Shown piece by piece: positions 1-8,055 of a stretch of DNA of 64,000 bases. This DNA comes from an uncultured Clostridia bacterium (GTDB lineage: Bacteria > Bacillota > Clostridia > Christensenellales > JAWKQI01): assembly GCA_964453645.1 (NCBI GenBank), contig CAYVRJ010000005.1, positions 2,808-66,807 of the forward strand, written 5' to 3'. Position 1 is the first letter of the stretch; each line of letters opens with the position of its first letter. The notes beneath the pieces were generated by a model. The model saw only the letters and a list, made by a program, of their open reading frames with translations. It was not told the DNA's origin and did no database searches. Made by a program: the position numbers and the translations under genes.

Positions 1-2
1 TT

Positions 3-419
3 ATGAAAAACCACGTGTCCCTCTCCGAGCAAATCTTAAAGGACAACGTCCACGAAGAGGTGTTAAGCATCGCCATTCGGCACCACGAAAAGTTAAACGG
101 CACGGGGTATCCCTACGGCCTGACCGCCAGTGATTTAAACCTCAACGAGCGCATCGTGGCAGTGGCCGATATTTTTAGTGCCCTCACGGGACGGCGGAGT
201 TATAAAGAGCCCTTCCCCACCCAGCGGGTGAAGGAAATTCTTGGGGGCATGGGGGATAAAAACGAGTTGTGTTGGGACGTGCTGAGAGTTGTGTTTGACA
301 ACTTTGAGGAAATATACGAACGGGCGATTGAGCGATCCATGCGGGCGACCAAGCGGTATGAGCACATGTCCCAGGAGTACGAAGACCTCACGGCCCGCAA
401 CGCTAAATACTACAGTTAG
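3..419 (+). CDS. HD-GYP domain phosphohydrolase, C-terminal fragment (5' end outside the window)
   Basis: The frame is open to the window edge. The translation carries the HD-GYP signature HHEKLNGTGYPYGL. Confidence 0.75.
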   Translation: MKNHVSLSEQILKDNVHEEVLSIAIRHHEKLNGTGYPYGLTASDLNLNERIVAVADIFSALTGRRSYKEPFPTQRVKEILGGMGDKNELCWDVLRVVFDNFEEIYERAIERSMRATKRYEHMSQEYEDLTARNAKYYS

Positions 420-430
420 GATATGAAACC

Positions 431-1051
431 ATGGATATTCGGGGAACCAAATCAGAAAAAAACGTAATCGATGCCTTTTCCAATGAATCTCAGGCCATCA
501 ACCGCTACCACTACTTTGCCAAAAAAGCCGGGGAAGAGGGACTTGCCGACATAGCCAAGCTGTTTTTACGCATGGCGGAAAACGAGCAGGAACACGCACG
601 AATCTGGTATAAAATCCTCAACGGGGAGCTTGGGGATACGGTTTCTAACTTAAAACATGCCTCAAAGAGCGAAAACGGGGAGTGGAAAACCGTGTACCCA
701 CAGTATGCCAAGGAAGCCCGGGAGGAAGGGTTTGAAACCTTGGCAGCTATGTTCGACCGCATCGCTGCCATTGAATACGACCACGAGCGTCAATTTGACG
801 AAGCGGTTTTAAAGCTGACTTTGGAAAGGACTGACGAAATAGATGGAACACACGACAAACAAAATATGGCTACGGATATAAGTTCCGCAGCGAAATATGG
901 GTCCAGCGTCACGCTGGTAGGTGAGAGTGAGGGAGTGGAGCCAAGGGAATCTTCGGTGAAGAAGTATTGCTGCATGTTTTGCGGGCACCGGGAGAACACG
1001 TGGGTGGAGAGCTGCTGCGTGTGCGGTGCAAAAAATTCATTGGTCGAATAG
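431..1051 (+). CDS. rbr: rubrerythrin (diiron ferritin-like domain plus C-terminal rubredoxin-like Cys knuckles)
   Basis: Two ExxH diiron motifs (ENEQEHARIW, IEYDHERQF). The C-terminus has CCMFCG...CCVCG (two CxxC knuckles). Confidence 0.85.
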   Translation: MDIRGTKSEKNVIDAFSNESQAINRYHYFAKKAGEEGLADIAKLFLRMAENEQEHARIWYKILNGELGDTVSNLKHASKSENGEWKTVYPQYAKEAREEGFETLAAMFDRIAAIEYDHERQFDEAVLKLTLERTDEIDGTHDKQNMATDISSAAKYGSSVTLVGESEGVEPRESSVKKYCCMFCGHRENTWVESCCVCGAKNSLVE

Positions 1052-1062
1052 TCATGAAATAC

Positions 1063-1090
1063 TTGACAAAGCAAATAAATGTTGTATAAT
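1063..1090 (+). promoter_or_regulatory. sigma-70 type promoter of the tRNA cluster
   Basis: TTGACA (1063-1068), 16-nt spacer, TATAAT (1085-1090), about 30 nt upstream of tRNA-Leu. Confidence 0.6.
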
Positions 1091-1120
1091 ATAATTCGTG
1101 TCTTAAGTGATGCGTTTTGC

Positions 1121-1205
1121 GCGGGCGTGGCGGAATTGGCAGACGCGCTAGACTTAGGATCTAGTGCCATACGGCGTGGGAGTTCAAGTCTCTTCGCCCG
1201 CACCA
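1121..1205 (+). tRNA. tRNA-Leu (anticodon TAG), long variable arm, CCA encoded
   Basis: Hand-folded cloverleaf: acceptor GCGGGCG/CGCCCGC, anticodon stem CTAGA/TCTAG with loop CTTAGGA, T-loop TTCAAGT, 3' ACCA. Confidence 0.9.
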
Positions 1206-1225
1206 ACAAGGCAAACGAATCATCT

Positions 1226-1299
1226 GCGGGTGTAGCTCAATGGTAGAGCCCCAGCCTTCCAAGCTGGTTGTGTGGGTTCGATTCCCATCACCCGCTCCA
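1226..1299 (+). tRNA. tRNA-Gly (anticodon TCC), CCA encoded
   Basis: Acceptor GCGGGTG/CACCCGC, D stem GCTC/GAGC, anticodon stem CCAGC/GCTGG with loop CTTCCAA, T-loop TTCGATT. Confidence 0.9.
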
Positions 1300-1316
1300 C
1301 CAATATAATTGAATAT

Positions 1317-1389
1317 GGGCCATTAGCTCAGTTGGTAGAGCACCTGACTCTTAATCAGGGTGTCCCGGGTTCGAATCCCTGATGGCCCA
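1317..1389 (+). tRNA. tRNA-Lys (anticodon CTT), CCA not encoded
   Basis: Acceptor GGGCCAT/ATGGCCC, D stem GCTC/GAGC, anticodon stem CCTGA/TCAGG with loop CTCTTAA, T-loop TTCGAAT. There is one C-T mismatch in the T stem. Confidence 0.85.
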
Positions 1390-1461
1390 TTCTTTTAGGA
1401 CAAGCATTATTTGATAGATAATTGCTTGTTTTTGTTTTATTGTTTCGTAGGATTCGAACCG
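1371..1461 (+). repeat. direct repeat copy 1: last 19 nt of tRNA-Lys plus terminator and 3' flank
   Basis: 91 bp, identical to 1531-1621 except one position (1454 t versus 1614 a). Confidence 0.95.
1400..1439 (+). terminator. intrinsic terminator after tRNA-Lys (second identical copy at 1560-1599)
   Basis: Stem ACAAGCA/TGCTTGT followed by TTTTGTTTTAT. Confidence 0.6.
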
Positions 1462-1530
1462 CCGTAAAGCAAAAGTGCCAGTGGCACTTTTGTAGGCGGA
1501 ACTGCCAAACCGTGAGCGAAGCGAACTCAA

Positions 1531-1621
1531 TCGAATCCCTGATGGCCCATTCTTTTAGGACAAGCATTATTTGATAGATAATTGCTTGTTTTTGTTTTAT
1601 TGTTTCGTAGGATACGAACCG
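1531..1621 (+). repeat. direct repeat copy 2: orphan tRNA-Lys 3' end plus terminator (att-like)
   Basis: Same 91 bp, offset by 160 bp. The 69-bp spacer contains the perfect hairpin CAAAAGTGCC-agt-GGCACTTTTG. Confidence 0.95.
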
Positions 1622-1635
1622 TCCAAAACTCTATC

Positions 1636-1686
1636 CGTATAAAAATACCAAGCAATGTTGACACGTATAAAAATACGTGCTATCAT
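1636..1686 (+). promoter_or_regulatory. hicAB promoter with repeated operator-like box
   Basis: TTGACA (1658-1663), 17 nt, TATCAT (1681-1686). The spacer is the palindrome CGTAT-AAAA-ATACG (1664-1677). A second copy, CGTATAAAAATAC, lies at 1636-1648. Confidence 0.55.
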
Positions 1687-1709
1687 GAATGCTATAGGGG
1701 GAGTATCCA

Positions 1710-1907
1710 ATGAAAAGCTATTCTTCAAGAGAAGTCATAAAGATACTTCAGGAAAATGGGTGGACGTTAAAAAGGATTGAGGGCAGTCATCATCATTTTG
1801 TGCACGAGAAGCAAAAAGGCGTTGTAACCATTCCGCACCCTAAAAAAGATATTCACCCAAAAACATTGATGAGTATATTAAAACAAGCGGGAATAGACAT
1901 CAGTTAA
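1710..1907 (+). CDS. hicA: HicA family mRNA-interferase toxin
   Basis: 65 aa. The pattern REVIKILQENGW...GSHHHF...IPHPKKDI is typical of HicA/YcfA. It sits directly upstream of a HicB-like gene. Confidence 0.85.
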   Translation: MKSYSSREVIKILQENGWTLKRIEGSHHHFVHEKQKGVVTIPHPKKDIHPKTLMSILKQAGIDIS

Positions 1908-1920
1908 CGGAGGGCTTATT

Positions 1921-2319
1921 ATGAACAAAAAGGATATATATATTTACCCAGCAATATTTGATTATTCGGAAAACGGCATTGCGGTTGAGTTTCCCGATAT
2001 ACCAGGCTGCGTGACATGCGCCGATACTGAAGAACAAGCCCTGCATATGGCAAAAGATGCTCTTCGGGGCCACTTGCTGACGTTAGAGGATATTGGCACA
2101 GAGTTACCCGAAGCTACGCACCTCAAAGATATTCAACTCATTGAAGACCAGAGAGCTGTCTTAATTGAAGTATGCCTTGCCTTCTATCGTGAGGCGATAA
2201 AAAATAAAGCGGTAAAGAAAACTTTAACAATTCCCTATTGGCTGAATGAACTTGCAGAGAAGGAACAAGTGAATTTTTCTTATGTGTTGCAAAATGCCTT
2301 AAAAACACTTTTAAAGTAG
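1921..2319 (+). CDS. hicB: HicB family antitoxin with C-terminal DNA-binding tail
   Basis: N-terminus YPAIFDYSENGIAVEFPDIPGCVTCADTEEQALHMAKDAL is a HicB-type fold signature. The gap after hicA is 13 nt. Confidence 0.85.
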   Translation: MNKKDIYIYPAIFDYSENGIAVEFPDIPGCVTCADTEEQALHMAKDALRGHLLTLEDIGTELPEATHLKDIQLIEDQRAVLIEVCLAFYREAIKNKAVKKTLTIPYWLNELAEKEQVNFSYVLQNALKTLLK

Positions 2320-2560
2320 TTGTTATGGCTGTTCTGTTAAGCGAAGGCATACCAACAACTTGCTATTTCACTCAGCCGTGTATATAATATTATTAAGTGT
2401 TGGCAACAAACGCTAAACTTAGGGCGTTTCGCTCAATCAATATGTTTTATATAAACTGAGCCAATAAATTTAAATCCATTCCCCCATCCACAAATTATAC
2501 CAATGAAAAATAGTTCACAAAGGAGGATAAAAGCAACTTAAGCTGCTTTTAATAATCTAA

Positions 2561-3493
2561 ATGGAAAAAGTAACAGGTGTGTTGATCACAGTCTTGCCGG
2601 TACTTGTCATGCTGTTTATCGGCATGTTGTGCCGTCGGTTTACGCTGATTTCCAAGGAAGGCATTAAGGGTATGCAATCGCTGGTGGTGAACATCACCCT
2701 GCCCGCCGTGCTGCTGGGGGCATTTGCCCGCACGTCGTACAGCCTAGAGACGGCACTCTATACCGTTGCCATTTTTATCATCTGCCTTGCCGCTTACTTC
2801 CTTGGATACTTAGCCAAAGGCGTTTTTAGGGCAAAGTCCAAGCTCTTTCCCTTTTTTACCACGGGTTTTGAAGCGGGAATGCTGGGTTACGCCTTTTTTA
2901 TTCTGCTGTTTGGTGCCATAAACACAAACCGTTTTGCAGTGGCCGATCTTGGGCAAGTGCTCTTTGTGTTCACGGTCTATAATCTGCTGCTGGGTGCAAA
3001 GAACGGACAGGATGTGAGTTTTAAACAATCCTTTCAAAAAATGCTGCTCTCCCCCATTATCATTGCCATCGCTGTGGGCGTGGTGCTGGGTGCCACGGGG
3101 CTGAGCCAGTTGCTGTTATCGGACCTTGGGCAAGTTTTGTTCTCTACCATTGATTTTATTGCTGCACCAACGGGAGCTGTCATCCTCATTGTGGTGGGTT
3201 ACGGCATTCAACTGGGGCAGATTCGGTGGGTTGAGACCTTAAAAACTGTGGGAGGCAGGTTGCTTGTGCTGGGTATACTGCTGTTCCCCGCACTGTATTT
3301 GACCGATCTTTTATTTCCGGGTGTGGAGATAGCCCGCTATGCTTTGATCCTCTTGTTTATTCTGCCCCCGCCCTTTGTGCTCTCGGTGTTTGTTGCAAAC
3401 GAGGACGAAGAGGCCTATATTTCATCGTCCCTTTCGGTTTCCACTCTACTATCGGTGCTTTTATTTGCTGTCATGGCTTGGCTTGTGGTTTAA
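2561..3493 (+). CDS. AEC (auxin efflux carrier) family transporter
   Basis: 310 aa and about 10 predicted TM segments. The N-terminal ILPVLVMLFIGMLCRR...ISKEG pattern is characteristic of AEC/malate-permease-like proteins. Confidence 0.7.
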   Translation: MEKVTGVLITVLPVLVMLFIGMLCRRFTLISKEGIKGMQSLVVNITLPAVLLGAFARTSYSLETALYTVAIFIICLAAYFLGYLAKGVFRAKSKLFPFFTTGFEAGMLGYAFFILLFGAINTNRFAVADLGQVLFVFTVYNLLLGAKNGQDVSFKQSFQKMLLSPIIIAIAVGVVLGATGLSQLLLSDLGQVLFSTIDFIAAPTGAVILIVVGYGIQLGQIRWVETLKTVGGRLLVLGILLFPALYLTDLLFPGVEIARYALILLFILPPPFVLSVFVANEDEEAYISSSLSVSTLLSVLLFAVMAWLVV

Positions 3494-3494
3494 A

Positions 3495-3731
3495 TTACGA
3501 AAACAACTCCTCGCAGGGTACTTTAAAAAACTCTGCGAGGAGTTTTACTTCATAATCGGGAACAAACCGAGTGCCGTTTTCAATCCTGAGTATTGTTAAA
3601 TCAGAAAATTCAAAACCTAGGAGTTGCAATTGTTCGGCTAACCCCTTTTGTGTTAAATGATGCTTTATTCGCAATTCTTTAATTTTCTTGCCAATAATAT
3701 TTTTTGATTGTCCATTCCAATAAATTTTCAT
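3495..3731 (-). CDS. XRE family HTH regulator (downstream paralog)
   Basis: IGKKIKELRIKHHLTQKGLAEQL...ILRIENGTRFVPDYEVKLLAEFF is a Cro/C1 HTH. I chose the ATG at 3731, one nt after the upstream paralog's stop. Confidence 0.75.
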   Translation of the reverse strand: MKIYWNGQSKNIIGKKIKELRIKHHLTQKGLAEQLQLLGFEFSDLTILRIENGTRFVPDYEVKLLAEFFKVPCEELFS

Positions 3732-3732
3732 T

Positions 3733-3981
3733 TTACAAGCCAATAAATTCATCGGCACTGACGGAGAAAATTTTACACAAAGCCTTGAGTTCGATGTCCG
3801 TCACATATCGTTCACCATTTTCCAAACGCCTGATTGCTGTTTTATCCACATCAATTCCCTCTAGCTGCATAAGATCGGCTAACATCCTTTGGGAAACCTT
3901 TGGAGAAAGACCTTTGCGAAGTGATGCAACTTTTGAACCGCAAAGGTTTCTCTTTCCGTCTTTAGTCATATGTTTAAACAT
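3733..3981 (-). CDS. XRE family HTH regulator (upstream paralog)
   Basis: GSKVASLRKGLSPKVSQRMLADL...IRRLENGERYVTDIELKALCKIF. I chose the ATG at 3981, preceded by GAGGGT. Confidence 0.75.
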   Translation of the reverse strand: MFKHMTKDGKRNLCGSKVASLRKGLSPKVSQRMLADLMQLEGIDVDKTAIRRLENGERYVTDIELKALCKIFSVSADEFIGL

Positions 3982-4005
3982 AACTACCCTCAATTTTGAA
4001 TCATT

Positions 4006-4075
4006 CAATTACTCATTTTAATTGATTTTATCTTATTATTTTGTTATAATTGAGTAATTCAAATACTCAATTGAG
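4006..4075. promoter_or_regulatory. divergent control region with repeated TGAGTAATT / CTCAATTGAG boxes
   Basis: CAATTACTCA (4006-4015) is the inverted partner of TGAGTAATTC (4051-4060). A perfect 10-bp palindrome CTCAATTGAG lies at 4066-4075. Confidence 0.5.
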
Positions 4076-4083
4076 GTGGTGTT

Positions 4084-4338
4084 ATGAAAGAATATACAAT
4101 AAAATTAAAAAATGATGTGGCTGATGTTTACAATTGCATTGCACAAGGGTGCAATTTTTCTGTGGAGGAAGTGCTTTGCTGTGGGTTGGAATTGACGGCA
4201 AAGTTAATGAATCCTGAAGAAACACAGGGAGAAGAAAACTATGCAGAACTTAAAGAAATCCTTTATTTGTTGAGCATTCCCGGTATTAAACAAAAGCTGC
4301 ATGAACTGCTCTGCCAAGAGGAAAAGAAACACTTTTGA
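4084..4338 (+). CDS. small acidic hypothetical protein, divergent from the XRE pair
   Basis: 84 aa, RBS GAGGTGG. The C-terminal EILYLLSIPGIKQKL resembles the Phd/YefM antitoxin tail motif. That resemblance is from memory and unverified. Confidence 0.5.
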   Translation: MKEYTIKLKNDVADVYNCIAQGCNFSVEEVLCCGLELTAKLMNPEETQGEENYAELKEILYLLSIPGIKQKLHELLCQEEKKHF

Positions 4339-4365
4339 ATGTGTGCCGAGATACCTGTTCCTCTT

Positions 4366-4755
4366 TTAATTTGCAAGTTCGTATTTCCAATCCAAAATGC
4401 CGCCAAAATCGTATACGTTTTTATATCCAAGTTCGGCAAGCACATCGCAGGAAAGGGCACTGCGCCGGCCGCTCCGGCAATAAACCAAAATTTTTGCTTC
4501 TTTGTCGGGTAAAAGCTCTTCGGCATAGTTGGCAAGTTCAGTGTCGGGGATGAGCAGGGCATCTTTAATATGACCTTCGTCGTATTCCTCTTGGGTGCGC
4601 ACATCCAAAACGATGACATCTTCGTTGTCCATCATGTTCTTTGCATCTTGAGCCGTAATGCGTTTATAAATCATGTCTTTGTCCATTTCGTTCACCTGTG
4701 CCCCGCATGCCGTGAGCAGCAGAACACAAATAAAAAGTATCGTTAGTTTTTTCAT
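4366..4755 (-). CDS. rhodanese-domain lipoprotein
   Basis: Lipobox LLTAC after a signal peptide. Rhodanese active-site loop CRSGRRS. Confidence 0.8.
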   Translation of the reverse strand: MKKLTILFICVLLLTACGAQVNEMDKDMIYKRITAQDAKNMMDNEDVIVLDVRTQEEYDEGHIKDALLIPDTELANYAEELLPDKEAKILVYCRSGRRSALSCDVLAELGYKNVYDFGGILDWKYELAN

Positions 4756-4909
4756 AGTCTTCCCCCAGCGTTTTCATTTATTGTACCACACCCCTTAAAT
4801 TAATTCCAAATTTACATTTTATAAAAACATTTTGCTTGAAGATGCCTCTCGTTTGTTATATAATGAGCTATAATCGGAAATAATCCGGTTAATTGCTTGT
4901 AAATATTAA

Positions 4910-5941
<1,032 letters not shown>

Positions 5942-5985
5942 ACATCGTTTCCCTAACGGGGTTTGAAAACCCCGATCTATATAAG

Positions 5986-6037
5986 CAGGGCCTTCGGTTT
6001 TTCCGGAGGCCCTGTGCTTTGTTTCTGCTTTCTTTTT
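5986..6037 (+). terminator. gap intrinsic terminator
   Basis: Hairpin CAGGGCCTTCGG-ttttt-CCGGAGGCCCTG followed by a T-rich tract. Confidence 0.65.
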
Positions 6038-6206
6038 GTGGGCGTTGCCCACACCCACCAAAGGGTATTTTTGAAAAAATACCCTTTGGAAACCCAAAAA
6101 CTTTTTAACGCAAAGCTAGCGCTTTGCTAATGCTAGGACTCAGTCCCTGCCGTGGGGGTTTAAGGGGGACGAGTAGTCCCCCTTCGGGGTTTGGGTGGAA
6201 CCCCAA
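6038..6206. repeat. mosaic hairpin-module element, locus A (M6-M4-M5-M1-M2-M3)
   Basis: GTGGGCGTTGCCCAC; AAAGGGTATTTTTGAAAAAATACCCTTTGGAAACCCAAAAAC; AACGCAAAGCTAGCGCTTTGCTAA; GGACTCAGTCCCTGCC; GGGGGACGAGTAGTCCCCC; TTGGGTGGAACCCCAA. The same modules recur at 7 other sites. Confidence 0.9.
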
Positions 6207-6275
6207 TAAAAAAATGTATTTTTTTATATTCAATCACATTTCGGGTAATAATAGTAAACGGAGTGTGATAATATT

Positions 6276-6866
6276 ATGTATGTAATAACTTGTATATATG
6301 TCTGCTTGGGAATCTTAAGCTTCACCCTAGTGCTGGATCCCATCTATAAACCCTCGGGGGACAACCGCTTTTTGCTGGGTACACTGTTCCTCATTTCACC
6401 CATCCTGTGGAGCTTACCCACCATCGAACTGGGCAACGCCATCGCCATCAACGCATTTTCGGCCTTTTCTGCCTTCGCCCTGTTCATTTCCATCATCGTG
6501 GGCGAACGCATGCTGCTCAAAACCTTGGCACTCATCGTCTTTTCGGGCTTGGCTTTTTTCACAGGTATGCTGCTGCTCACCTTTTTTAGCTTGCGCTTGC
6601 CCGCTTTTGTCATCGCTGCCCTTTTGGGTATCCTGTGCTCTATGGTCTCCCAGAGCACCGGGGAAGCATTCGTCTTTGGACTGGTTGCCGTTTGGTTTTG
6701 CGAAGTCATCGGCGGTGTTTGGGAGGGAATCGCCAACGGCACCACCATTTTAGATCTATCCAGTGCCGTGCTGAGTGCATCGGTGTGCGCACTCAGTGCC
6801 TTTTTGCTAAAAAGTATGGCGTTTATCCGCCACAACTTTAAACTCCGCTACAGCAAGGGCAGTTAG
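6276..6866 (+). CDS. hypothetical polytopic membrane protein
   Basis: 196 aa and about 6 hydrophobic segments. I recognise no motif. Its 3' end overlaps the convergent thiF-like gene by 29 nt. Confidence 0.55.
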   Translation: MYVITCIYVCLGILSFTLVLDPIYKPSGDNRFLLGTLFLISPILWSLPTIELGNAIAINAFSAFSAFALFISIIVGERMLLKTLALIVFSGLAFFTGMLLLTFFSLRLPAFVIAALLGILCSMVSQSTGEAFVFGLVAVWFCEVIGGVWEGIANGTTILDLSSAVLSASVCALSAFLLKSMAFIRHNFKLRYSKGS

Positions 6867-7548
6867 GGTTCCTTTGAAGCGCAATGGTTTCAAACTGCAA
6901 GTTGAGTAAATCCACGGTGATATACTTTGAAAAAGCGTTGGGTTCAATGCCAAGCAGCATCTTGAGGGCTTCGCTGGCCTGCACACTGCCCACCACTCCC
7001 GCCGTTGCCCCCAGCACAGGGGTGACACCCTTCTTTTTACCCTTGGGGAACAGGCACTCGAAGCACGCACTTCCCCTGTGAATGCCCATCACGAATCCAA
7101 AAAAAGATTCAATCCCCGCCTCCAGCAGGGGCACACCGTTGTGCACACACGCACTGTTCACAACATATCGGGTCTCTAAGTTGTCCACACAGTTAATCAC
7201 AATATCCCGCTCGTGGAGCAGGGAATAAATGTTCGTTGCATCCACCTGCTTCTCGAAAGTTTTTATTTTAATTTCACTGTTGCGGTTTGTGAGGAAATCC
7301 CATGCACTCTTTGCCTTGTTGATACCCACACCGTTTTCCAGATGCATAAACTGTCGGTTTAAGTTGGTGAGCTCCACCGAGTCGCAATCGGCAATGAGAA
7401 TCTCCCCCACCCCAGCTAAGGTTAGGTAAGTGGCAACGGGACTGCCAAGGCCCCCTGCTCCCACTATGAGTATTTTTTTTGAAAGAAGTTTGGTTTGCCC
7501 CTCTGGCCCAATTTGGGGGATGAGGGTTTGTCGCTGATATCTGTTCAT
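6838..7548 (-). CDS. ThiF/MoeB/HesA family E1-like adenylyltransferase
   Basis: YQRQ...ILIVGAGGLGSPVATYL...DCDSVELTNLNRQ nucleotide-binding fold, plus CFEC and CPCC zinc knuckles. Confidence 0.85.
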   Translation of the reverse strand: MNRYQRQTLIPQIGPEGQTKLLSKKILIVGAGGLGSPVATYLTLAGVGEILIADCDSVELTNLNRQFMHLENGVGINKAKSAWDFLTNRNSEIKIKTFEKQVDATNIYSLLHERDIVINCVDNLETRYVVNSACVHNGVPLLEAGIESFFGFVMGIHRGSACFECLFPKGKKKGVTPVLGATAGVVGSVQASEALKMLLGIEPNAFSKYITVDLLNLQFETIALQRNPNCPCCSGV

Positions 7549-7630
7549 GGTATTATTATATCAAGAAATAGAAAACCTACAACAGGGGATTTGCAAATAT
7601 TTTGTAAGTTGTAAAATTGCCTGTCCACCC

Positions 7631-7654
7631 AAGAAAATGGGGGCCAAGGCCCCA
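7631..7654 (-). terminator. terminator-like hairpin (solitary M3-like module)
   Basis: The minus strand reads GGGGCCTTGGCCCCC then ATTTTCTT, about 20 nt after the stop of the 7674-7967 gene. Confidence 0.45.
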
Positions 7655-7673
7655 AGGAAACACTGCCTATGTT

Positions 7674-7967
7674 TTAGCGAATCATACTTAAAATTTGATT
7701 CATCCGCTGGCGCTGCTCTTCGTTGAGCATGGGCCCTGCCGTCTCCACAAAGTTTTTAATTGCCTCTTCGTTAAACGTTCCGTCTTGTTTGCCCCGCTGT
7801 GCTGCCGAAAACAGCTCCTGCATGAGATCGTCTTCGCTCTTACCCTCGTATTGTTTGAGCATGTCTTTGGCCATTTGCTCCTGTGAAGGGTTAAACTCCT
7901 GGGTTTCCTTTTGCTTTCTCAGCTCTCTCGCCATGTCTAAATACACCTCCCGTTTCAAAGCATCCAT
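7674..7967 (-). CDS. small charged hypothetical protein
   Basis: 97 aa, helical and charged, no recognisable motif. Divergent from the 8056 gene. Confidence 0.55.
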   Translation of the reverse strand: MDALKREVYLDMARELRKQKETQEFNPSQEQMAKDMLKQYEGKSEDDLMQELFSAAQRGKQDGTFNEEAIKNFVETAGPMLNEEQRQRMNQILSMIR

Positions 7968-8055
7968 ATATTATATTCAACTCATGGGCGAATAGTTCAA
8001 TTGGCACTCTCTTTTGCATATGATATATAAAACAAAATTTGTGAGGTATAAACCT

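Noticed and set aside
1440-1530. A possible minus-strand tRNA or pseudo-tRNA in the spacer between the two 91-bp repeats (GGCGGTTCGAATCC T-arm-like string).
   Set aside because: The T stem cannot pair (GGCGG versus CCTAC), and no acceptor or anticodon arms can be drawn. At most it is a decayed fragment.
1371-4340. Calling the tRNA-Lys-adjacent region an intact prophage or integrative element.
   Set aside because: No integrase, excisionase, replication or structural genes are present. Only the att-like duplication, hicAB and the XRE genes are there. I report it as a possible remnant only.
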